NCBI GenBank assembly: GCA_965223325.1 | Contig: CBDCWI010000001.1 | Coordinates: forward strand, 1,056,001 to 1,120,000 | From: Candidatus Multivoradales bacterium | Lineage (GTDB): Bacteria > Acidobacteriota > Thermoanaerobaculia > Multivoradales > Multivoraceae | Reading direction: 5' to 3' | Length of the DNA: 64,000 nt | Shown here: one piece after another, positions 39,512 to 49,595 of the stretch | How positions within the stretch are numbered: the stretch's first letter is position 1 | Layout of the letters: every line of letters begins with the position of its first letter | Program-made: the position numbers and the translations under genes | The notes under the pieces: generated by a model | What the model was told of the DNA's origin: nothing | Databases searched by the model: none | What the model saw: the letters and a program-made list of their open reading frames with translations, nothing else

Positions 39512-40089
39512 TATCGACCCCTCTCGGGACTATCGTCGGGCCGTTCAGGGTCGAGGGAGCGCGGCAGCGGGCCCAGCAACATGAGAACACCGACTGCAGC
39601 CGTGACAATCACCAGAGTCTCGCCGAGGGTGTCGTAACCGCGATAGCTGCCGAGGACCGCGGTCACCACATTGGGAATGTGGATGTCCTCGTGCGTTCCC
39701 TCGATGTACTCGGGCGCTACGTGGTGATGAATCGGCGCATCCGGGTCGCCATAACTCGGCATGTCGAGCGTGCCGTAAACCAGCGCCCCGCCCATCAAGA
39801 GAACCACCACCAGCGGACGCAACCGGAAGGGCTGCTGGTTCTCGGTGCGCGCGGTGATCGACAACGTGCTGAGAATCAGAACGGTGGTGATGCCGGCACC
39901 CACCGCCGCCTCGGTGAACGCGACGTCAACCGCGTCCATCAAGGTGAAGAGCCCTGCCGATAGCAAACTGAAGATACCGGTCAACATGCCGGCGGCGAAC
40001 AGATCTTTGAGCCGCGCCACCATCATCGCCATGACGAGAAGAAAGAGCGCCAGGGGTAGTTCGACAGGTACCGAGATGTCGCCCATCAC
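39511..40089 (-). CDS. DUF4040 / MrpA C-terminal-like subunit
   Basis: DAVDVAFTEAAVGAG, PNVVTAVLGSYRGYDTLGE. Confidence 0.88.
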   Translation of the reverse strand: MMGDISVPVELPLALFLLVMAMMVARLKDLFAAGMLTGIFSLLSAGLFTLMDAVDVAFTEAAVGAGITTVLILSTLSITARTENQQPFRLRPLVVVLLMGGALVYGTLDMPSYGDPDAPIHHHVAPEYIEGTHEDIHIPNVVTAVLGSYRGYDTLGETLVIVTAAVGVLMLLGPLPRSLDPERPDDSPERGR

Positions 40090-40460
40090 GGCTCCCCCTC
40101 GCCCTGCGTCTTCTCGGAAGTTTCCAGGCCATACTCGACGACGCGACCGGGCTCAGAACTCTCCGGGTCGAAGCGAATGCCCTGTGCGTAGGCAGCCTTG
40201 GCAAGCGCATGGCTGGCGACAGGGGCCGTCATCCACAAGAACGCTAGAGCAATGAGCAACTTGGCCGCTTCCTGTGACGGACCGGCGTAGAAGGTCAAAC
40301 CGAGCAGGGTGAAGCCAGCCCCGAAGGTATCTGTGACTCCGGCCGCGTGGATGCGAGAGTAGAAGTCAGGCATGCGAACGATGCCAATGGCGCCGATGAC
40401 GCAGAACGAGGCACCGATCAGCAAGAACACGTGGCCAGCGATCTCGAAGAAGGCACTCAT
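40086..40460 (-). CDS. mrpG: Mrp Na+/H+ antiporter subunit G
   Basis: GIVRMPDFYSRIHAAG, TAPVASHALAKAA. Confidence 0.93.
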   Translation of the reverse strand: MSAFFEIAGHVFLLIGASFCVIGAIGIVRMPDFYSRIHAAGVTDTFGAGFTLLGLTFYAGPSQEAAKLLIALAFLWMTAPVASHALAKAAYAQGIRFDPESSEPGRVVEYGLETSEKTQGEGEP

Positions 40461-40768
40461 CTGTTGCTCTCCCGCTCCGCCGCTATGCGCCGACCCGAAC
40501 GGCGGTCGTCGAACGAAAGGTTGCCGAACCGTGAGAAGCGCAACACCGCAATCACGCCGATGAAATTCATCAGGGCGTAGACCAGCGCCAGGTCGAGAAA
40601 GTCGGGCCGCCCGGTCAGAAAGCCGACGATCGCAATCAAGAGCACTGTTTTGGTGCCGAACATGTTGAGCGCCACGATGCGGTCGAACGCGCTTGGGCCC
40701 GCACTCGCCCGCACCAGGGCCAGTGCCATGGTCACCACCACGCCGACGATCGCCGAAACCAGGATCAT
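40457..40768 (-). CDS. mrpF: Mrp Na+/H+ antiporter subunit F
   Basis: GPSAFDRIVALN, FLDLALVYALMNFIG. Confidence 0.93.
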   Translation of the reverse strand: MILVSAIVGVVVTMALALVRASAGPSAFDRIVALNMFGTKTVLLIAIVGFLTGRPDFLDLALVYALMNFIGVIAVLRFSRFGNLSFDDRRSGRRIAAERESNR

Positions 40769-41283
40769 GAGCTCGACGCTCCGGGCGTGCCGCCCTCGAG
40801 GCGAACGACGGCGCGATTGAACTCGCCGTTGATCACCGACTCTTCGGAGATCGGCCCGAGCGCGTGCACCAGAAGCTCGCCGTTTCTAAGGTCGAGGGTG
40901 AGGGTGCCGGGGGTCAACGTAATCGAATTCGCCAGCGTCACCTGTGCCCAGCTCGAGCGCGGAGCTGCTCTAAGGCGCAAGAGGCGCGGCGACATCGGCA
41001 TCTTGGGGTCGAGACACAAGCGCGCCACCCGAATGTTCGACCGGGTCAGTTTGGCGAGAAAGAAGAACAGGTAGGCCGGCACTCGCGTCAAGAGACCGAA
41101 GCCAGGGGCCACGTTGCCGTCTGGAAGATCTTCTGCAAGACGATCCATGCGGCGCACCAACCAGGCCACGGAGAGGCACGACAGCGCACCGAGCACGGGC
41201 AGCTGCGGATGATGCAGGCTCAGTGTCCCCGACCACAGAGCCCAGGCAAGAGCCAGAAAGAGAAGAATCGGGTAGGTGCGCAA
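40765..41283 (-). CDS. mrpE: Mrp Na+/H+ antiporter subunit E
   Basis: SNIRVAR, LANSITLTPGTLT, LLVHAL; TTG start at 41283 preceded by GGAG. Confidence 0.88.
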   Translation of the reverse strand: MRTYPILLFLALAWALWSGTLSLHHPQLPVLGALSCLSVAWLVRRMDRLAEDLPDGNVAPGFGLLTRVPAYLFFFLAKLTRSNIRVARLCLDPKMPMSPRLLRLRAAPRSSWAQVTLANSITLTPGTLTLDLRNGELLVHALGPISEESVINGEFNRAVVRLEGGTPGASSS

Positions 41284-41753
41284 CGGATCTCCGGATGGAA
41301 CGCGCGAGGTCGCAACGAGCCACGGCACAACAAGCGTCGCGACGAACCGCGACGCGAACCACAGGCGCGACGAGAGCACAGTCGACCGTTGCCCGGTTCG
41401 CACGAATGTGCAACGGGCGACGACCCAACAACCAACAAGGAAAGTGACGGCAATATACCCCACCGATCTTCCTGCCAAGGCCCCCTCACAGACGTCCCGG
41501 AACCCCACCAGGGAGCAAGCGAAAGAGCGTCGTCACCGAAGATGCGTCCTACGAACCGCCCGGGAAACGGCACTGCAGGGGACTCCTGTACGAGGGAATC
41601 CATCCACTCTCGGCCTGGCCCCGTTTTCGATTCTCGGAAACGCCGGATTCGTCCGCTCACACAAGCGCGGTCTCGGTATCGTCGATCGACCGTTTCCTTG
41701 ATTGTCGCGCCGCCTCTCCGCGTTCGGCCTCTACTCTCTGGAGATCTGCAGCA

Positions 41754-44150
41754 ATGCCCTTCTTCTCACCGACTCGCCCGCATCGTTTCTTCCTGTCTGC
41801 CGTCGCCGCCGGTCTCCTGGTGGGAGGCTGCACGACCACCTCTCCATCGCCGTTGCTCGCCCAGGCTTCCGCACCAGAGCGCGCAACAGGGGCAACGCTC
41901 CTGTTCAGTGAGTACCTCGAGGGGTCCTCGTTCGACAAGGCCGTCGAGATCTGGAACGCCAGCGCGGAGAGCGTCGACCTCGCAGCGGGCGAAGTCGAAG
42001 TCGTGATCTACCGCAACGGTGACACCGCGATCGATCGTCGCATCGCACTCAGTGGCACGCTGGCAGCGGGTGCTACCCACGTCGTGGTGAATGCGCGAGC
42101 CAGTGCAGCGCTGCGCAGTCGTGCGCAAACCGAAACCAACTCGCTCGATTTCAACGGCGACGATGCCGTCGCACTCCTCGCTGGGGGCATGATTGTCGAC
42201 GGCCTCGGCGAGATCGGCTTCGACCCCGGTAGCGAGTGGGGCACAGGTGATGTGACCACCCGCGATCACGGTCTGGTGCGCCGGCCCGAGGTCTGCACCG
42301 GGACAACGGACCTCACGCACGACTTCGACCCCAGCGTCGAGTGGATTGGGGGACCACCCGATGACTTTACGGGCTTCTCTTCCCACACTGCCGACTGTGC
42401 ACCGGGCACACCGCGCCTGACTGAGATCTGGCAGATCCAGGGTCCCGGCGACGCCTCGCCGCTGGTAGGTGAACGCATCATCACCACCGGAAATGTCGTC
42501 ACTGCCGTCGCCAGCGACGGCTTCGCGATGCAGACCCCGGCCGCCTTCTCCGACAACGACAGCCGCACTTCAGACGGCATCTGGGTCTACACCGGCGGTG
42601 CACCCGGAGTCGAGATCGGTGACGAGGTCGAAGTCTCCGGCACGGTTCTGGAGTACTTCGACTTCACCGAGCTCTCGGACAACCCCGAGGTCACCGTCAC
42701 CGGCAGTGCGGCGCTTCCTCCAGCAGTGACGCTCTCCGAAGACCTGCCCTCCTCGGACCCCGCAACTTCGAGTTGTTCCGGGGCTTCGGGCCTCGAGTGC
42801 CTCGAGGGCATGAGGGTGATCCTCGAAGAGGCGGTCGTCGCCTCGGCCAGTCAGAGCTTCTCTTCCGACCCGATCGCCGAAGCGGTCATCAGTGTTGGCG
42901 AGCGCCTGTTCCGCGAGCCCGGACTCCCCTGGCCCGGCAACGACGACTTCCCGGAGGTGCCGGTCTGGGACGGCAACCCGGAGGGGTTCGAGCTCGACCC
43001 CGATCGCCTGGGCCTTCCCAACCGGCTTTTGTTCGGCGGCACGCGACTCAGTGCCCAGGGCGTGATCGGCTTTGAGTTCGGCGACTGGGAGCTGTGGCCG
43101 TCCGCCCTCGACGTCGAGGAGCGCCTACTCCCAAAGCCAGTGTCTCGCTACGGCCGCCTCACGATCACCGTCGGCAGCGCCAACCTCGAGCGTTTGTTCG
43201 ACGACATCGACGATCCTGAAGACGATCCCGTTCCGTCGCCCGAGGACTATCTGGCGAGGCTGCAGAAGATCGCCCGCTACGTCATCTCGTCGTTGCGCAG
43301 TCCGCACATTCTCGCCGTGCAGGAGGTTGAGAATCTCGGTGTGTTACAGGACCTGGCGCAGGAGATTCGGCTCTTGGATGGTCCTTCGTACGTGCCCCTT
43401 CTCATCGAAGGCAACGACCGCGGCGGCATCGATGTCGGCTACCTCGTGCGCGCGCCAGTGACAGTCAACGAACTGACGCAGTTGGGCGCCAACGAGGTTC
43501 TCGACTTTGACGATTCGCTCCTCCACGACCGGCCTCCTCTGTTGCTCGAGACCAGCGTTCCGGATGGCGAAGATATCGCCGTGCTCAACCTTCACCTACG
43601 CTCGCTCGGCGGAATCGACAGTGCACAGAACGGCGAGCGCGTGCGGCAGAAGCGCCTCGCGCAGGCCGAGTCGGTCGCCCGCATGGTCCAGTCCTGGCAG
43701 AGCGAACATCCCGACGGAAGCCTCCTGGTCATCGGCGACTGGAACGCGTACCCGTGGAGCGACGGCTACGTCGACGTGGTTGGACACATCAAGGGATCCT
43801 TCGACCCATCGGCCGCGATGCTCTCGGGTGCCGACCTGGTCTCTCCGGACCTGGTGCCGGTGCGTACCTCACGAGACCCGAGCGAGCTCTACAGCTTCGT
43901 CTTTCGCGGCAACGCCCAGGTTCTCGACCAGGCCCTGGTCACCAGCGCTGGCCGGCAACGCATCTTGGGAGCGAGCTACGCTCGGGGTAACGCCGACGCG
44001 CCCGCCGAGCTCCGCGACGACTGGCAGTCGCCCCTCCGGGTCTCCGACCACGACGGCCTGGTGGTGCGCCTGAGGCGGAATCATCCTCTGTTCTCAGACG
44101 ACTTCGAAGCCGGCCTGGCGACCTGGGCGGCGGCGTGGTTCGGGCACTAG
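41754..44150 (+). CDS. Extracellular nuclease: lamin-tail domain + OB fold + EEP domain (ExeM/NucH-like)
   Basis: Signal/lipobox VGGC; LFSEYLEGSSFDKAVEIWN (LTD); IWQIQGPGDASPL...TSDGIWVY (OB); LAVQEVEN, GDWNA, LDQAL, SDHD (EEP). Confidence 0.9.
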   Translation: MPFFSPTRPHRFFLSAVAAGLLVGGCTTTSPSPLLAQASAPERATGATLLFSEYLEGSSFDKAVEIWNASAESVDLAAGEVEVVIYRNGDTAIDRRIALSGTLAAGATHVVVNARASAALRSRAQTETNSLDFNGDDAVALLAGGMIVDGLGEIGFDPGSEWGTGDVTTRDHGLVRRPEVCTGTTDLTHDFDPSVEWIGGPPDDFTGFSSHTADCAPGTPRLTEIWQIQGPGDASPLVGERIITTGNVVTAVASDGFAMQTPAAFSDNDSRTSDGIWVYTGGAPGVEIGDEVEVSGTVLEYFDFTELSDNPEVTVTGSAALPPAVTLSEDLPSSDPATSSCSGASGLECLEGMRVILEEAVVASASQSFSSDPIAEAVISVGERLFREPGLPWPGNDDFPEVPVWDGNPEGFELDPDRLGLPNRLLFGGTRLSAQGVIGFEFGDWELWPSALDVEERLLPKPVSRYGRLTITVGSANLERLFDDIDDPEDDPVPSPEDYLARLQKIARYVISSLRSPHILAVQEVENLGVLQDLAQEIRLLDGPSYVPLLIEGNDRGGIDVGYLVRAPVTVNELTQLGANEVLDFDDSLLHDRPPLLLETSVPDGEDIAVLNLHLRSLGGIDSAQNGERVRQKRLAQAESVARMVQSWQSEHPDGSLLVIGDWNAYPWSDGYVDVVGHIKGSFDPSAAMLSGADLVSPDLVPVRTSRDPSELYSFVFRGNAQVLDQALVTSAGRQRILGASYARGNADAPAELRDDWQSPLRVSDHDGLVVRLRRNHPLFSDDFEAGLATWAAAWFGH

Positions 44151-44258
44151 CGGCGTTTCTTGAGCGCCGAGGCGGCTGATATCATCACCGGCCGAGGGGT
44201 AGAGAGCCCTAAACCCTTGCGACCCAACTCGCCCACCAGCACCCGGTGACCCGCAGAA

Positions 44259-44600
44259 GTGGCTGAACGACTCAAGACCGAAGAAGAAACCGTCCTGCTC
44301 CTGATTCAGGGCCGGATGCGCCCGTACGCCGCGGCCGCCTACCAGGCCTACGTTGAGGGAACGAGTCGTCTGATCGCCAAGTACCGGGGCGAGGTGGTTA
44401 CTTCGGGCGGCGGCATCGACAGTGAATTCACCACCGACGACTACCCGGTCAATGCGGTCATTCGCTTCCCGTCGCTCGCCGAAGCCGAGGGCTATCTTTC
44501 CGACCCGCTCTATCAGAAGGTCGACACCACCTATCGCGACGCGGCCTACGACCAGTTGCACACCAGCCTGGTCGCTCCGGTTCCCGACCGTACCCGCTGA
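44259..44600 (+). CDS. DUF1330 domain protein
   Basis: YQAYV...LIAKYRGEVV...VIRFPSLAEAEGYLSDPLYQ. Confidence 0.85.
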   Translation: MAERLKTEEETVLLLIQGRMRPYAAAAYQAYVEGTSRLIAKYRGEVVTSGGGIDSEFTTDDYPVNAVIRFPSLAEAEGYLSDPLYQKVDTTYRDAAYDQLHTSLVAPVPDRTR

Positions 44601-44618
44601 GCGGTATCGCCGGCAGGC

Positions 44619-45455
44619 TTAGGACGCGTTGGGCGTGACCTCGATGTCCTCGAGCACGACCGTCGAGAGAAGCTTCATCTCGGAGGCTACGAACTCCGGC
44701 GTGATCTGATCGACGCTCAGCCCAGAGCCGTCGAGAGCGTAGTTCGGCTGATCGAAGAACAGCACCCCACCAACGCGACGGTAGTTCACGAGCGGCCGAT
44801 AGCGCAGCCCACCCGAAAAGCTGTAGGCGAACGCCTCGAGCCGGGCGGTCTCGGGGTCGAACCAGTAGGCGTAGGCGTCGTCGGAGCGCTCGCTGGTGCC
44901 TGCCGTGAAGGTGACCTTGACGCGCTGTAGCTCGCGACCGTCCCAGGTCTCGAGACCCTGATCTTCCTTCCAGGTGTTGCCGTCGTTCAGGCGCAGCGGC
45001 AGGAACGGAAAGTAGATTCGGGACGCGACAGCGGTTTGCACCGCGGCGCGCGCTTCATCATCGAGCACCAACGGCTGCCCGGCTTCCGTACGCTCTAGAA
45101 CGTCGCTGCCATCCCGGTTGGTGTGGCGCCAGGTCGTACCCTCACCGGGAGGACCCTTGTGCACCCGATAGTCGAAGAGCCCACCGTCGTTCCAGGCTTC
45201 GACCTTGAACGCGCCACTCTTGGAAGCGATCACGAAATCGATCTGCGAGTGCTGGTAGACGTCACCACCGTGAAAGGCGATCGAACGGGTCACGATGGGG
45301 AGGTCGAGCGTCTTGCCGTTCGCAGTCGCCTCGCTGGCGCTACTCGCTGAGGCCTCCTCCACCGTCGCCGTCTGCTCCTGGGCTTCAGGGGCGGAACAAC
45401 CCGCGGTGACCAGCACCAGTGCAACAACCGCCAGGACAGATTCGCGGACTTTCAT
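44619..45455 (-). CDS. Lipoprotein of unknown function (DUF6503-like)
   Basis: TAGC lipobox; RSIAFHGG, YFPFLPLRLND, VKVTF, LEAFAYSF. Start MKVRES. Confidence 0.7.
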   Translation of the reverse strand: MKVRESVLAVVALVLVTAGCSAPEAQEQTATVEEASASSASEATANGKTLDLPIVTRSIAFHGGDVYQHSQIDFVIASKSGAFKVEAWNDGGLFDYRVHKGPPGEGTTWRHTNRDGSDVLERTEAGQPLVLDDEARAAVQTAVASRIYFPFLPLRLNDGNTWKEDQGLETWDGRELQRVKVTFTAGTSERSDDAYAYWFDPETARLEAFAYSFSGGLRYRPLVNYRRVGGVLFFDQPNYALDGSGLSVDQITPEFVASEMKLLSTVVLEDIEVTPNAS

Positions 45456-45706
45456 TGGAGACCTCCGTAGGGGGATTGGGGACATTCACCACTATGGTAG
45501 CGCTCGGGAGCGTTACGGCTCGCTGTTGGCCATGTAAGACTCCAGGCGGAGAATCCGCCGTTGCGTGTGGCGCGGCATGACCAGGAGATCCCTTGCGGCG
45601 ATTTGCCGTTTCTACGCAGCCGGACCTCTGACCGGTTCATCGGAAAGCCGTTTCGAAACAAGAGAGAATCCCTCGCTGGCCCCCGCATCGCCCGACAGAA
45701 CGGTCA

Positions 45707-46588
45707 ATGAACAATCAATCGACCTGGAAGACACTCGCGCGAGAGCCGGCTGACGCTCTGCGGCGCGCAGTTCTCGGGCTCTTCCGTGACCGCGCCTTCG
45801 ATCGCGCGGCGCAGCTCGCCTTCTGGGCCATGTTGGGATTCATCCCTCTCCTCATCGCAACCTTCGCGGTTTTCGGACGACTGGTCAGTCGCCGCGTCAC
45901 GTTCAGGCGCGAGCTCCTCTCCTACCTCGAAAGGGTTGCACCGAGCGACGGCGCCTTCGAACTGGTGCGCTCGGTTCTCGAAGAGATCCAGGCGGCAGGA
46001 TCGGGCTCATTCTCCTTTGGTCTCCTGTTCGCGGTCTGGATCGGTTCAGCAATGGTGGCGCAGATCCAGCGCGCCATCGACCAGGCCTTCGGCAGCAGCC
46101 GTCAGGAGACCTGGTTCCGCCGCCTGACCGCCATCCCGTTCTCGATCGTGGTCCTGGTGCCCCTCGTCCTGGCAACGGTCCTCTTGTTCTACGGCCGACT
46201 GGCGGGCGCTTCAATGGCCGAGCAGCTGGGTCTGGGCGACGCGTTCTCGACCTCGTTTGCCCTCCTCTACTGGCCGGTGGTTCTGGCCTCGGCTGTTTTG
46301 AGCTTCGACCTGACGATGAACTCTGCACCGTCGATGCTGCGGCGAAGAAAGCAGTGGATCTCACCCGGGGCGGTGCTGGCACTCGCGCTGTGGGTGGCCG
46401 TGTCGTTCGGCTTCGCGCGCTACCTCGAGACGGTTCCTACCTATTCGGCCTTCTACGGCTCGCTCGGCGCCGTCATCGTGCTCCTCTTGTGGTTCTTTCT
46501 CTCCGGCCTGGCGCTGTTGGTCGGCATCCACCTCAATGTGGCGCTTCTAAACGGCGGGGACGACGAAACCGCTGAAGATGCTCTCTAG
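45707..46588 (+). CDS. YihY/virulence factor BrkB family membrane protein
   Basis: AAQLAFWAML...PGAVLALALW...YSAFYGSLGAVIVLLLWFF. Confidence 0.92.
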   Translation: MNNQSTWKTLAREPADALRRAVLGLFRDRAFDRAAQLAFWAMLGFIPLLIATFAVFGRLVSRRVTFRRELLSYLERVAPSDGAFELVRSVLEEIQAAGSGSFSFGLLFAVWIGSAMVAQIQRAIDQAFGSSRQETWFRRLTAIPFSIVVLVPLVLATVLLFYGRLAGASMAEQLGLGDAFSTSFALLYWPVVLASAVLSFDLTMNSAPSMLRRRKQWISPGAVLALALWVAVSFGFARYLETVPTYSAFYGSLGAVIVLLLWFFLSGLALLVGIHLNVALLNGGDDETAEDAL

Positions 46589-47592
46589 GTCATGCGCACC
46601 AGCAGATAGCCAACCAGGACGATCAGGAACACCACGACGGCGAGAGCCACCGCCCACCAGGGGCCCTCTCGGCGCCTGGCCGAAGTGTCCTTCGTGGCCG
46701 CCGCCTCGGCGGACATCCCGTCGGACGGCGTGACCGCTCCCTTCAGCGCGTCGGCGTAAGCGTCGCGAATGCGACGCAGCTCGGCGAGGACCTCCTCGGC
46801 ACTCTCATAGCGTTGTTCCTTATCGCGCTCCAGTAACTTCATCACCAGCCGCTCGAGCGCCGGCACGACACCGCCGACGATCTCGCCGATCGCCCGGGGC
46901 CTTCGCGTATCGAGGGGTAGGCCGTCGGGGCCCACTTCGAAGGGGACACGGTCGGTGAGCATCTGGTAGAGCACGGCGCCGAGCGAGAACAAGTCGGCAC
47001 GCTGATCGGCCGCCGAACCCTGAAGCTGCTCGGGGGCCGAGTAGCCAGCACTACCGAGAACCACCCCAAAACGGGATTCGAAGATTGGGGTCTGGTCGAC
47101 TTCCTCAGGCGTTCGCGTCACCGGCTTGGCGAGGCCGAAGTCGAGGATCTTCACCTCTCCCGAGCTCGAAACCTTGATGTTCGACGGCTTGAGGTCACGA
47201 TGTATGACGCCGGCCGCATGCGCCGCCGCAAGGGCGGCGGCCAGCTGGATGCCGATGTCGACGACCTCACGCTGCTCGAAGCCGTGTATCGAACGCTGCT
47301 GAAGGTCACGACCCGGCACGAACTCCATCGCCATGAAGAGCGTCGCCCCGCCCTCGGGCAGCATCACCTCGCCATGGTCGAGCAGGCCGGCGATTCCCGG
47401 ATGGTCGAGCCGCTTCAAGACCTTGGCCTCACGCACGAAACGCCCCTTGCGTTCTTCGTCCATCCGCAGGTGGGGATGCAGGAGCTTGAGCGCCACGTCG
47501 CACTCGGCTTCGCGATCGAAAGCCTTGTAGACCACTCCCATGCCGCCCTCGCCCAGCTTCTGTTGGATCCGGTACTTGCCGACGCGCCTCAT
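46585..47592 (-). CDS. Ser/Thr protein kinase with C-terminal membrane anchor
   Basis: LGEGGMGVVY, VALK, HRDLKPSN, DFG, YSAPEQ; hydrophobic C-terminus. Confidence 0.93.
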   Translation of the reverse strand: MRRVGKYRIQQKLGEGGMGVVYKAFDREAECDVALKLLHPHLRMDEERKGRFVREAKVLKRLDHPGIAGLLDHGEVMLPEGGATLFMAMEFVPGRDLQQRSIHGFEQREVVDIGIQLAAALAAAHAAGVIHRDLKPSNIKVSSSGEVKILDFGLAKPVTRTPEEVDQTPIFESRFGVVLGSAGYSAPEQLQGSAADQRADLFSLGAVLYQMLTDRVPFEVGPDGLPLDTRRPRAIGEIVGGVVPALERLVMKLLERDKEQRYESAEEVLAELRRIRDAYADALKGAVTPSDGMSAEAAATKDTSARRREGPWWAVALAVVVFLIVLVGYLLVRMT

Positions 47593-47646
47593 GACGGCTG
47601 AAATCGTACCCGCCCGGTGGCTGCGCTGCTTTCCTGGAGCGGCTCG

Positions 47647-48180
47647 CTACGCCTCAGAAACGCTGGCCAGGGCGGTTACCGCTCCGCCACGTTGGGCCTC
47701 AAAGCGCTCGAGCATCTCGGCGGCAGCGGACTCGGCCTCTTCCCCGGCGGCCGCCCGGTCATCGATGATCAACAGCAGGTCGCCAGCCGCGACCCGGTGG
47801 TCGAGCGGGCTCGGCAGGCGACGGCGCCCGAGACGACCTTCGATCAGGACCCCAGCAACTGTCGCCAGAATGATGCCGAGTGCGATTCCCTCGTAGGTCA
47901 CCACCGCGGACGGCGGTCCCGAGATGGTTGGCATGTCGCCGGTTACCAGCCCGTAGGACGTCGACGAGAGGTAGACCAGCCCATAGGCGGTCAAACCGCC
48001 GACCAGAGCGCCAACGAGTGACCAGAGCAGGATCCGTTGGGGCGGTTCGGAAAGTGGCAGATCCTCGACTGGCGTCGAACTGCGGACCGCAAGTCGGGTT
48101 TCTGAAACTCCGGCCTCTCTCAGATCGCCAATTGCCTGGCGGAGCGCCTCTTCAGACGCGAAGGTGACGTGCACGCTCAT
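47647..48180 (-). CDS. ActD/DUF3341-like membrane subunit
   Basis: Two TM helices, STPVEDL, GDMPTIS.PP..VVTYE; overlaps the NrfD-family gene. Confidence 0.75.
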   Translation of the reverse strand: MSVHVTFASEEALRQAIGDLREAGVSETRLAVRSSTPVEDLPLSEPPQRILLWSLVGALVGGLTAYGLVYLSSTSYGLVTGDMPTISGPPSAVVTYEGIALGIILATVAGVLIEGRLGRRRLPSPLDHRVAAGDLLLIIDDRAAAGEEAESAAAEMLERFEAQRGGAVTALASVSEA

Positions 48181-49595
48181 GCGCGCTCCCCCACTGCTTC
48201 GTCATGGAGTGTCGTGGGTTCGTGTTCCTGCCGGTGTTCGGCGATGATCTTCGCTACCTCGCGCTCGCGATGGTCCAGGCCTTCGCGAATCTCCCAGATC
48301 GAGATGATCGGGGCGAGCTGGGTGAAGGTGAAGTAGAGGAACAGGAAAAGGCCCACCGAACCCAGAAGAATGCCGAGCTCGACCGGTGACGGCGTGTAGT
48401 GGCCTTCGAGATAGGGCAGGCGCGGCGTCGACAGGGCAGGCACCACGATCAGGTAGCGCTCGAGCCACATGCCAATCAACACCGAAAAGCCCACGATCGA
48501 GACTCCAAGCGGCTGCCGACCGCGCCGGAACGGCAGGATGGCCAGCGGCACGATCATGTTGCAAAACACCATCAGCCAGAACCAGCGCCCGAACGGGCCG
48601 TCGATGAGACTGTGGTGCACCGCGATCTCGGCGGTGTCGCCGGCGTACCAGGTGGTGAGGTGTTCGGCAAAGGTGAAGTATCCCCAAAGCAGGGTCATTG
48701 CCACGAACAAGAGAGCCAAGTTGGAAAACACCCGATCGGTCAGCCACTCCCTGAGACCCAGGCCACGCCGCAGAAGCGCCATCGCCAGCAAGAGGACGGC
48801 GAGCCCAGAGTAGATCGCGCCAACCACGAAGTAGGGCCCGAAGATGGTGCTCTTCCACCCCGGGACCCGAGTCATCGCGAAGTCCCACGAAACGATCGTG
48901 TGAACCGAAACGGCGACCGGGATGATCACGATCGCCAGTACTTTGATGCCCGCCTCGAGCGCCCGCCACTGGCGCTGCGTACCTTCCCAGCCCAATGACA
49001 CGAGCGCGTAGAAACGACGGAAGCGCCCACCCTCGCGATCACGCAGGATCGCCATGTCGGGCAGCAGCGGCAACAACAAGTAGAGAACGCTGCCCGTCAG
49101 GTAGGTGGTGATCGCCACCAGATCCCACATCAATGGGCTACGGAAATTCGGCCATAGATGGCGTGCGTTCGGGTACGGCAGCATGTAGTAGAAGAGGCCT
49201 ACACGACCCAGATGAATGAGCGGAAAGAGGCCGCCGATAGCGAGCGCGAAAACGGTGATCGCCTCTGCGCAGCGGGTCACCGGCCGTCGCCACTCGGCGC
49301 CGGTGACGCGCAGAATGGCCGAAATCAACGTTCCGGCGTGGCTAATGCCGATCCAGAAGACGAAGTTGATGATGTAGAAGCCCCAGAACACCGGCCGGTT
49401 GATTCCAGCAACACCGATGCCTTCCTTGACCTGATAGCCCCAGGAGCCGAAAAGAACGAGCACCAGAAGCCCGGAGATCAAACTGCCGAGCATCAACATC
49501 GGGCGCGGCCGGGCCAAACGCTCGATCAGCACACCGTCGAGGGCACGGGCTTCGCGGGCAGTCGGTTCAGAGGAAGCTGCGGACGAGCCGCTCAT
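48177..49595 (-). CDS. NrfD/PsrC-family membrane subunit (ActC/QrcD-like)
   Basis: WGFYIINFVFWIGISHAGTLISAIL, RCAEAIT, HLGR, PNFRSPLMWD, VSVHTIVSWDFA, MWLERY. Confidence 0.93.
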   Translation of the reverse strand: MSGSSAASSEPTAREARALDGVLIERLARPRPMLMLGSLISGLLVLVLFGSWGYQVKEGIGVAGINRPVFWGFYIINFVFWIGISHAGTLISAILRVTGAEWRRPVTRCAEAITVFALAIGGLFPLIHLGRVGLFYYMLPYPNARHLWPNFRSPLMWDLVAITTYLTGSVLYLLLPLLPDMAILRDREGGRFRRFYALVSLGWEGTQRQWRALEAGIKVLAIVIIPVAVSVHTIVSWDFAMTRVPGWKSTIFGPYFVVGAIYSGLAVLLLAMALLRRGLGLREWLTDRVFSNLALLFVAMTLLWGYFTFAEHLTTWYAGDTAEIAVHHSLIDGPFGRWFWLMVFCNMIVPLAILPFRRGRQPLGVSIVGFSVLIGMWLERYLIVVPALSTPRLPYLEGHYTPSPVELGILLGSVGLFLFLYFTFTQLAPIISIWEIREGLDHREREVAKIIAEHRQEHEPTTLHDEAVGERA

